Of a DNA stretch of 54,589 bases, positions 40,121 to 51,031 are shown piece by piece. The notes under the pieces are model-generated. The model was not told the DNA's origin. It searched no databases and was given only the letters and a program-made list of their open reading frames with translations. The position numbers were made by a program, and so were the translations under genes. Source of the stretch: Eledone cirrhosa. Its lineage: Eukaryota. The first letter of the stretch is position 1, and the number at the start of each line of letters is the position of its first letter. Where the stretch lies: contig CAXHJY010000782.1 of assembly GCA_964016885.1 (NCBI GenBank), positions 1-54,589 on the forward strand, read 5' to 3'.

Positions 40121-41012
40121 GAGGTGGGTGAGAAAAGTTCCAGGACTGATGTCACAAAAGATTTATTTTAAACCCAAACTTCACACTAAGAGTTTTCTCC
40201 TTCAAAGTAATCCCCCTGGAGTCTAATGCACTTTTCCATCCTTTTCTGCCACGCTTGCATGCACTCCTGGAAGGATTCTTCCGGGATCCTCCGGAGTTCC
40301 GTCATCGCAGCCTTTTTGATGTCGTCCGCGTCTTCAAAACGGGTCCCCTCCGGGTCGTCCTCGAGGATCCATGACTCATCACTGGTGATGACTGTCCCTA
40401 GCAAGTCTGGTTTGGTTTCAAGACGCTCGAGGATGTCCTGGCACACTTGCATGCGTCGACCCTTCTGGTCATCGTTCAGCAGTTTTGGCGCCATCTTCGC
40501 GCAGACTTTCCGCATGTCCAAATCTTCAGTGAGAATCTTCCAGACGCTGTCCCGATTCATGCCCAGCTCATTTGCCATCAGTCGAACAGTCAGCAGACGA
40601 TCGCTACGCACCATCTGCCTGACGCGCTCAACGCTGACCTCAGTCCTGGTTGTTGAGGGCCTTCTGCTCCTGGGGTCATCTTCCACGTCCTCGCGTCCTT
40701 CTTTAAACCTCTTACACCACTCAAAAACACGTGAGCGTGACATCGTCTCATCTCCATACCCTTGGTGCAGCAATCCCAGTGCTTCTGGCGGAGTTTTCAA
40801 GCTTGTTCGTTGCTCTGTGCTCATTGCTTGACGACCTGAAACAGAGGACATGTATATAAAATTATGAAGAAAAAAGTTTGATCGTTGCAGAGAGCTAAGA
40901 TTAGTTACATACCTCAGGGGGATTACTTTGAAGGAGAAAACTCTTAGTGTGAAGTTTTGGTTTGAAATAAATCTTTTGTGACATCAGTCCTGGAACTTTT
41001 CTGACACACCTC

Positions 41013-41015
<3 letters not shown>
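40118..41015 (-). mobile_element. Mariner transposon, internally deleted, ~98-bp TIRs
   Basis: TIRs 40121-40218 and 40915-41012. Inserted in (TA)n. Confidence 0.93.
40186..40851 (-). pseudogene. Mariner transposase with in-frame deletion of most of the catalytic domain
   Basis: HTH region (VFEWCKRFKEGREDVEDDPRS). ITSDESW...PE is joined to GTRFED, with the HDNA and YSPDLAP motifs absent. Confidence 0.9.
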
Positions 41016-41076
<61 letters not shown>

Positions 41077-41269
41077 AAAGTTATCACAAATAAAGATAAG
41101 TAAAGCCTTGTGAAGAACATCTGGCCATAGAATCCTGCCTCAGTAAATATAAAGACTCACCCAGCCCATATATATATGTATATATATGTATATGTATATA
41201 TATATGTATATGTATATATATATATAGGTATATTTATATGTATTTATATGTATTTATATGACATTTGAA

Positions 41270-41350
41270 TATTATTCTATGTACTATACATGCACCTTTG
41301 ACGAGTTGTAGTGCACCTGAGCACTTTACACAATAATTTCATTATTATTA
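41270..41350 (+). mobile_element. CR1 3' end stub
   Basis: gagttgtagtgcacctgagcactttacacaataatttc(att)n matches the CR1 tail at 28251-28305. Confidence 0.75.
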
Positions 41351-41397
41351 TTTTTTTATTATATGTATATATATATATATATATATATGTATATACA

Positions 41398-42100
41398 TAA
41401 ATATACGTGAACGGCAAAGCATAAACGAACTAAGGAAAAAATTAGAAATAAGAGGGATCAGATGTTGTTTACTCGAGAGAAGGCTACGTTGGTATGGACA
41501 CGTGATGCGCATGAAAGTCGATAGCTGTATAACAAAGTGCAGGGCAATAAAGATAGACGGTAGCCGCGGAATAGGCAGACCTAGAAAAACCTGGGACGAG
41601 CTGATAAACTCCGACCTCACACACTTACACCTCTCCAAGACAATGTCACTGGACCGAGACCTTTGGCGGTACTCAGTAACAGAGAAGACCTGCCTTACCT
41701 AAATACATAGTAAAACCTACTACAGCCAGTAGGCATCTCTAACAAAATACCCCCCCCCCCGTCCCACCACCCCCAACCCATCCACGCCACCCCGTTCTAT
41801 GTAAAGTTGTGTTGGTGCCACACCATCCAGGCCGAAACAAATGAGATCGTGTAGGTGTCACAACAAAAAAACACACAGTCCACGCTGTAATGTGGCCGTG
41901 TAGGCAACACGGTAAAAACCTCCCAGACCTACACTGTAAATGTGGTTGGTGTTAGGAAGGGCATCCAACTGTAGAAAACCTGCCAGACAGTCCTATGCGA
42001 GCAAGACAATCACTCTTGCTTCAAGTAGGACTACCCCCATCCAAACCCATGTAAGCGTGGAACACGGACGTTAAACGTTGATGATGATGATGATGATGAT
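41398..42100 (+). mobile_element. RTE LINE 3' fragment (subfamily I)
   Basis: Highly similar to 520-1201. (GAT)n tail. Confidence 0.92.
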
Positions 42101-42140
42101 ATATATATGTTGAAATAAAATGAAAACAAAATTTCATTTC

Positions 42141-42221
42141 TCACTCTTAGTATGGCACTTACTTAAATGTAAGTATGTATGTATACGTACATACATATAT
42201 GTATACAGACGTACAGTAGCA

Positions 42222-42263
<42 letters not shown>

Positions 42264-42722
42264 CAGGTACACATACATATATGCACGCATCAGTTTAGCG
42301 GACGCTTATTATAACGCCGCTTTGTTCGTTTGTAAACAAACTGAATAGCCTGAATTTATGCCATACGGTGTTAAGGCAACCACGTCACCTTTCATTTTAT
42401 TTCAACTTATCGTTTTCGGTATGCCTGACCAATTTAACTCACTCAATATGCAAATTAGGCTGCTCAGCCGTTAATTTTCATAAGGAAAGTATATACTTTC
42501 GAACGTTCAACTATCTGGCAGATGGGTATACGGTGCTGATGATAGCTAACAAGCTTGAAACTAGTACATCGTTCCTGTGTCAGTGTTGAACAAAAAGGTG
42601 ACGTGGTTGCCTTAACACCGTATGGCATAAATTCAGGCTGTTCAGTTTGTTTACAAACGAACAAAGCGGCGTTATAATAAGCGTCCGCTAAACTGATGCA
42701 TGCATATATGTATGTGTACCTG

Positions 42723-42764
<42 letters not shown>

Positions 42765-42819
42765 TGCTCCTGTACGTCTGTATACATATATGTATGTACG
42801 TATACATACATACTTACAT
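42141..42819. mobile_element. PLE-like inverted-repeat element (family F): arms 42167-42392 and 42594-42819
   Basis: ~226-bp near-perfect arms each containing (TA)n. Hammerhead in the spacer. Confidence 0.82.
42530..42572 (+). ncRNA. Minimal 43-nt type-I hammerhead ribozyme (family F)
   Basis: ACGGTG-CTGATGA-TAGCtaacaaGCTT-GAAA-CTAG-TA-CATCGT: palindromic stem III, GUA site. Confidence 0.88.
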
Positions 42820-42858
42820 ATATATATGTATATATATATATATATATATATACATATG

Positions 42859-42902
<44 letters not shown>

Positions 42903-42944
42903 CACATATATATATCTATATACATATGTATATATATACATATA

Positions 42945-43009
<65 letters not shown>

Positions 43010-43696
43010 ACACACACATGCCCATGCATGTTTAGGCAAGGTGTTACTTAGAATGAGCAAGCAAGTCTACATACATTTCAAACCAATAAGAACATTTTCA
43101 GGCATTAAAAAACTCTCAAATACTGAACTCTCTAGTTTATATGGGATTAATACATATGAAGGGGAAATAATCACTGGTGCACAAATGTTTCTATCTTCAA
43201 TATTGTAGAAAGAGTGCCGGACAAGGGGGGTAAGATAAACAAGGTAAAGCAACTTTAAAGCATCATAGCGTTGTTGTTGTCATCATCATCGTCCTTCTTC
43301 TCTTTCTTCTTCTCCTCCTCCTCCTCCTCATCCTCCTTCCCTCACAACCCTCGTGAGGTCAGAGTCCTCAAACAAGTTGCCTATCACAAGCCAGTTTCAT
43401 TTCAGTATTAAAGCTAATACATATTTACTTAACGCTACTCATATTGTTAGGGGAAGCGTATGAACACCACAGAATCTCATCACAGAAAATAATCTACCAA
43501 GCAGCAACAATGAACCAATGAACCAACATCTATGTGATCACTCGACCTGCTAGAAACAGCAGTAAGATTTCCATTAATTTACTACACCTGTCTTTAAAAA
43601 TGAAATAACATGGACAACGTAGTCATAGATATACAAAAAAAAATCGTCTATTCAGGAGTGGGTGTGTTTTGGACTGCACTCAAATAACAACAATTG

Positions 43697-44442
43697 ATAT
43701 GTATATATAAAGAACAGTCAGCAGATAAGCCAGTGAAACCAGACAGATATGTATATATAAAGGACAGACAGCAGATAAGCCAGTGAAACTAGACAGATAT
43801 GTATATATAAAGGACAGACAGCAGATAAGCCAGTGAAACTAGACAGATATGTATATATAAAGGACAGACAGCAGATAAGCCAGTGAAACTAGACAGATAT
43901 GTATATATAAAGGACAGACAGCAGATAAGCCAGTGAAACTAGACAGATATGTATATATAAAGGACAGACAGCAGATAAGCCAGTGAAACTAGACAGATAT
44001 GTATATATAAAGGACAGACAGCAGATAAGCCAGTGAAACTAGACAGATATGTATATATAAAGGACAGACAGCAGATAAGCCAGTGAAACTAGACAGATAT
44101 GTATATATAAAGGACAGACAGCAGATAAGCCAGTGAAACTAGACAGATATGTATATATAAAGGACAGACAGCAGATAAGCCAGTGAAACCAGACAGATAT
44201 GTATATATAAAGGACAGACAGCAGATAAGCCAGTGAAACTAGACAGATATGTATATATAAAGGACAGACAGCAGATAAGCCAGTGAAACTAGACAGATAT
44301 GTATATATAAAGGACAGACAGCAGATAAGCCAGTGAAACTAGACAGATATGTATATATAAAGGACAGACAGCAGATAAGCCAGTGAAACCAGACAGATAT
44401 GTATATATAAAGGACAGACAGCAGATAAGCCAGTCAGATATG
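43697..44442. repeat. 50-bp tandem repeat, ~15 copies
   Basis: Unit gatatgtatatataaaggacagacagcagataagccagtgaaactagaca. Confidence 0.97.
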
Positions 44443-44725
44443 TAGAGATACAGAACAGACATCTCAGTGTTTGCTGTATATTGATTTTTGACGTTATAAT
44501 TAGAGAATTTCATGTTAAAGCAGACAGACACACACACATGAAGTTGTTTGACAATCAGCGAAGATAGAAGCAGCAGAAAATCAGCACAAACACACAGACA
44601 TACTGGGATTATATCTAAGAAATGGTTAGTCTAGAGTTGCTTCCCTTAAACCAGTGGTTCTTAACGCGGCACATCTTGAGATTTTGAAATTCCATCCTGC
44701 ATTCGTTTGCCAGTTTGCCATTCTA

Positions 44726-44918
44726 TAATAATTGTTTCTACGTTTGGCACAAGGCCAGCAATTACCCAGTGCATTACTGGTACTTTATTTTATCGACCCC
44801 GTAAGGATGAAAGGCAAAGTTTACCTTGGCGGGATTTGAACTCAGAATGGCAAGGGCTGTAACTCTATACGTCAAAGCATGGCGTCCGACCCTCTACTGA
44901 TACTGTCAATCCACCGCC
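44726..44918 (-). mobile_element. Full-length SINE (family 1)
   Basis: Flanked by duplicated gccattctataata. Confidence 0.9.
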
Positions 44919-44924
44919 ATTCTA

Positions 44925-45205
44925 TAATAATAATAATAATGAAAATATTGTGTACAGTGCTCAGGTGCACTACAACTCATCAAAAGTGTATGTATAGTAC
45001 ATAGGGTAATGTACAAACGTCAGGAAAATGAACAGTGCATGAGTCATGATATACACATGTGTGCATGTGTATGGAAGGGTGACATCAGGTGTAGTTTTGG
45101 CGAATTTCGGGAAGCATGAGTGTTTTAAAGGATGCAGTGTCTCGGCAGCTAACAACTGATGCAGGCAGTTTGTTCCATGCTTCAGCAACTCTAAGCGTGA
45201 AAAAA
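44925..45205 (-). mobile_element. CR1 3' fragment
   Basis: Matches 28251-28440. Confidence 0.88.
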
Positions 45206-45369
45206 TTCTATATAATATAATATATTCAGCTCTATGTTTACATATTGAGGGCTCTTAGTGATTACAGCCACATTCAGACAACAATATAGATATACATATA
45301 TATATAGAGAGAGAGAGATCTGGAATTTGCTGTCAAAACAGTAAGAGCTCAGCTGTATAGACATGACTC

Positions 45370-45462
<93 letters not shown>

Positions 45463-46043
45463 AACCATGTGATCACTCACCACTTCTAGCACTGGAAACA
45501 CCCACCATTTTCAAATTTAAAAAATGGCAGCTTAAAAGCAACAAAAATATTAGAATATTTGAATTAGTTTCCTTAATTATTCTTTTGATGAAGGGATTTC
45601 ATCCCAAAATATATAAGGACCAACAAACAACTGTAACATCCCAACATCTTTGTTATAATATTTTTATAAATTAATGTACCATTTGCATTGTGGAAGCCTT
45701 ATAATAAAAGATTTATGTATGTATATGTATACACATATATATATATAATAAAAAAAAATGTGTGTATGTGTATATATATATATATATAGTAATAATAATA
45801 AATTTGAAGACTAAAATCCAAAGAGGGCTAGAAAGGATAAATATATATCAAATATATAAGAACCGTAGAGCAAATATTTATTAAAATAACAGATTATTTC
45901 AGAAGATCCCATTAAGGGTGAAAGCAGCGATTCTTTGCTTAAACTTTAATCTGTTATTTTAATAAATATATATATATATATAATAAAACATGTATGTATA
46001 TATATCATCATCTTTGTTTAACGTCCATCTTCCATGCTAGCAT

Positions 46044-46084
<41 letters not shown>

Positions 46085-48900
46085 TGCATATGAGGTTTTG
46101 TTAGTAACCATGTCAACACAGAGATAGATGTGTTAAGAATGAATAAATATTGTGTATTATTATGAGATAGTGTGAAAAACTTACCTAATGTTTATGATGA
46201 GAAGGTTCTGGAGTTGTCATCTGCCCATGCAAGCTTCTTCAGTGAGCTGTAGGTGCAGCCATAATGATGTGTGCCCTGACTGAAGAAATGCTGTGTGTGT
46301 AGATTTAAAAAGTTATCTGTAAGAGCACCAATAGTTGGTGAGGATTTATATGAGCAGAAGAAGGGTTGAAGTAAGATTTAAATGTAGGGTCCAAGGCAGT
46401 GTTTCTCATAGAGGGATTGAAAAGCGGGCAGACTAATTGGTTGCTAAGTTTAATACAATTATGAGGGATTTTTTATATAGCTATCATTATTATCAGATTG
46501 GGCAAATTGGCCAGGCCAAACATATATTATATATTTTACTATAGCTATAATTCTTTTGTAATATTATTATTCTATGATATATAACACTATTTTATCTTCT
46601 CATTAATAAAGAGAGGTGAGAGCAAAAAAAATTCCCTTATATATATATTAATTGGGGGGGGGGGGGATGTTGATATTTGTCAGATATTAGACCTAATTAA
46701 TGGAAGATTTAAAGTCGTTAATTTATAGGAATATAATTAAAGAAAATGTTATGAAAGAAAATACTCAACAATATTTTGAGGGTAACATTTTATTTGGTCT
46801 GTTATATATTTTATTTTATATGTTCCTTTCTCAGATGTTTTTGGCAAGAAATTTCATCTTAAATAAATAAATAATACTGTATTTTGTTAGAGTCATTTTG
46901 TTTAATTCTTACAGTTATTTGCTGTGAGTTGTAAAGTTTGAGATGCTGAAGAGATTAATGAACAATGTATAAGAAATGTGTGATGAAAATATTTTGATGA
47001 CAAGCAGCAGGTAACTGGACTGGAATGATAAAGCATAATAAAGTGTTTGGTTGGCAGAATTGGTAGAGCATTGGACAAACATACCTTATGGTATTTGGTT
47101 AAGTCCCTTTACAGTTTGAGTTTAAAACCTGCCCAGGTCGACTTTTCTGCCATTCCTCCTTCCGAGGTCGATAAAATATGTACCGGACAAAGTATTGGGG
47201 TCGTTATAATCAACTAAAGCCCTTGAAGATGGTACCCCAGCATGGCCATAATCCAAAGACTTAAAACAGTAAAAGAAAAAAAAAAAAAAGGGTAAAGTCA
47301 ATAACCACTAACCATGCATGTGTTCATTTAACAAATTTTCATGCCTCTAACAAAATACAAAAAATACTCTTTTACAATCTTCTATAATCTCTTTTAATAA
47401 GGTGAACTTTTTAAACAAATTTAGATAGTTGCATAATGTTGGATTAAATGCTATTTTACAGTTTAGTGTCCTTCTAAGGCTATTAACTACTTAACCATGA
47501 ACTGATATAAAATCATAGGGACACCATCTGCAGGAAAATCAAAAGTTAAGTAGTGGTGAATACATTTAATTAAAAATATCATTAGAAATAATAATGCAGT
47601 GAAGAAAAGACAATGTTTGCTCAATGACTAATATTATATTGCCTTTCATCCTTATGGGGTCGATAAAATAAAGTACGAGTAATGCACTGGGTAATTGCTG
47701 GCCTTGTACCAAAAGTAGAAACAATTATATAAATCATTTTGGCAAGTATGGGGGACAACCCTGGACATGTTTTGATCAAATTAGACTTTATCAGTGAAGC
47801 ATAGACTTCACTGTACTTGCCAATGTAATAATAAGGGACTCAATAAGTAGGATTATAGAGTTGTAATCTGAGGTGGTGTGAAAGATTAGGATATTTAGAA
47901 ACACAAAATATTTTTGTTAATTAGATGATAGTATTGTCAACTAGATATAATAAGGAAAGTAGCATCATCATGTTCCATATGTAAAGACACAGTAAACTGG
48001 ATGTAACAACGTTTGAACTCTGCACTAAGACTAGGTTGCTAGAAACCCAAAAATCTAATCCTCAAAATTATTGTAATTCTAATGACACTGATTTATTTTT
48101 AAATCTAAGCGGATGTTGATATATTAGTGTGTGTGTGTGTGTGTGTGTGTGGGTGTGTGTTGTACTTTCACAACCTTAGGCTCTCTGTCACCTTCACAAG
48201 TTACATATTCTGAGGTTGTGTTAAAACTGATACAATTACAATATAGAAAAATCCAGTTTTATTCCTTTAAAACACACATCATTATATAAACTTTAATTTA
48301 TGTCTTAACGCTATTTCACACTGGATGTATGGACCCATAATTTATTGTGGAGTTGTAGTGATGCTGTAGTCAGAGCAGGATTTAATGGGGGGCAAAGGGG
48401 ATAATTGCCCTGGGTCCCCTGCAGTGGGGGTAGAGGGGCCCCATCAGCATCATCATCATTGTGAAAGGATTAAATATAAAGGTTCACATATACATTCACA
48501 CTAAACATGCACTTCACTGATTTCACTTGCAGGAAACAAACTCATAGACAAACCACTATTATACAATCATACATATTAATATATACACACACAAACATAC
48601 ACACATACACACATAGAGATACACTCAAGAAACACATACAGACTTCTACATACACACAAACACACACGTACACATAGAGATACACTCAAGAAACACATAC
48701 AGACCTCTACACACACATGTACACACATAGAGATACACCCAAGAAACACACACACACTCACACCCAAACAAACACACATCTACTAATTAACCATCTATAT
48801 CACAAGACTAGTAATTAAGTACACATCATCTCAACTCTTAGTTGACCTCTGCAGGATTTGAGCTGAGAGACCAGAGATCTGTATACCACAAACAAAGCAC

Positions 48901-49161
48901 TCTATCTGACGTTCTAACAACTCTACCATTCTATCTGACGTTCTAACAACTCTACCATTCTATCTGACGTTCTAACAACTCTACCATTCTATCTGACGTT
49001 CTAACAACTCTACCATTCTATCTGACGTTCTAACAACTCTACCATTCTATCTGACGTTCTAACAACTCTACCATTCTATCTGACGTTCTAACAACTCTAC
49101 CATTCTATCTGACGTTCTAACAACTCTACCATTCTATCTGACGTTCTAACAACTCTACCAA
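48901..49161. repeat. 29-bp tandem repeat, 9 copies
   Basis: Unit tctatctgacgttctaacaactctaccat. Confidence 0.95.
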
Positions 49162-49844
49162 TTTGCCACCTAAAACTATAAATATTAACTATTAAATATA
49201 AAATGTAAATTATTCCTAATTCATTATAAAAATGCTACTTTGATATATGGAATTCATAGTAGATAATTCAATAAATAGCAGCTGATGTGGTGTTAGATAA
49301 TCACAATATCTGCTGTTGCCTTTCAACTTGTTGATACTAGAGGTAAACAAGCTATTAAACATGTTGTGCAAGTTATGCATGTTCAGCTCCATAATACATA
49401 AACTATAGTAAAAATAGAGACAGGCCATAAACTGCTGTGTAAAGTAAAGATCTGGTGTTGTGTGAATGCTTTACATTCAGGGTGTGTGTTTGCATTCAGT
49501 GATTGAGGTAAGTTTAAGAGATACATTATACTCTGAGTCTATAAAATAATATATATATATATATATAATATGTAATATATATATATAATATGTAATATAT
49601 ATATATGTATGTAGTTTAAAAACAGGCTAAACACACACACGCACATATATATATAGAAAGAGAGATAGAGATTCTGTTATTCTTTTAGTACTTTCAGACA
49701 TAAGACTCTGGCCTAGCTGGGGCACAACCTTCAAAGGAATTAGGATCATATCAAACTCAGTACTTATTTTATCAATCTTTGTCAAACCATTAAGTTATGG
49801 CATACAACCAAATGCTAAATCTAAGCACACACACATATATGTAT

Positions 49845-49946
49845 ATATATGTATATATATATATATATATAATATATATATATAATATATATATATAATA
49901 TATATATATAAATATATAATATAATATATATATAATATATATATAT

Positions 49947-49977
<31 letters not shown>

Positions 49978-50151
49978 ATATATATATAATATATATATAT
50001 AATATATATATATATATAATATATATATATATAATATATATATAATATATATATAATATATATACATATATATATAATATATATATATAATATATATATA
50101 TAATATATATATATAATATATATATAATATATATATATAATATATATATAT

Positions 50152-50182
<31 letters not shown>

Positions 50183-50207
50183 ATATATATATATATATAA
50201 TATATAT

Positions 50208-50271
<64 letters not shown>

Positions 50272-50430
50272 ATATATATATAATATATATATATAATATA
50301 TATATATATATATAATATATATATATATAATATATATATAATATATATAATATATATATAATATATATATAATATATATATAATATATATATAATATATA
50401 TATAATATATATATATAATATATATATAAT

Positions 50431-50498
<68 letters not shown>

Positions 50499-50504
50499 TA
50501 TATA
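49845..50504. repeat. Interrupted (TA)n/(TATAA) microsatellite
   Basis: Almost pure A/T. Confidence 0.95.
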
Positions 50505-50737
50505 TCATCATCATCATCATCACCGTTTTACGTCTGTTCTTCCACGCTAGCATGGGTTAGACGGGTTGTCCTGTTGTGTGCAGTGTCTGGTCGGCTGACC
50601 ATGCCTTGCTCATACAGGAACTGATCTGGTTTGATTTCTACAGCTGGATGCCCTTCCTAACACCAACCTCATTTACAGTGAGTGCTGGGTGCTTTTTCGT
50701 GGCGCCTACACGTCCACTTTACAGTGTGGGCTGCGTG

Positions 50738-50738
<1 letters not shown>
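50505..50738 (-). mobile_element. RTE 3' UTR fragment (subfamily II)
   Basis: Near-identical reverse complement of 53155-53382. Confidence 0.92.
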
Positions 50739-50792
<54 letters not shown>

Positions 50793-50878
50793 GATCCTAA
50801 TTCCCTTGAAGGTGGTGCCCCAGCTAGGCCAGAGTCTTATGTCTGAAAGTACTAAAAGAATAACAGAATCTCTGGGTG

Positions 50879-50930
<52 letters not shown>

Positions 50931-51031
50931 TATATATAATATATATAATATATATATATATATAATATATATATATATAATATATATATATATAATATAT
51001 ATAATATATATAATATATATAATATATATAT

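Larger units (their letters stand above)
39387..41170. repeat. Perfect 74-bp inverted repeat pair (39387-39460 and 41097-41170)
   Basis: tatgggctgggtgagtc...ggctttactta versus taagtaaagcc...ctcacccagcccata. Confidence 0.9.

Noticed and set aside
48372-48445. GC-rich hAT-like terminus
   Set aside because: No partner TIR or TSD found.
43697-49161. 50-bp and 29-bp arrays as CRISPR
   Set aside because: Head-to-tail identical units without spacers, in eukaryotic context.
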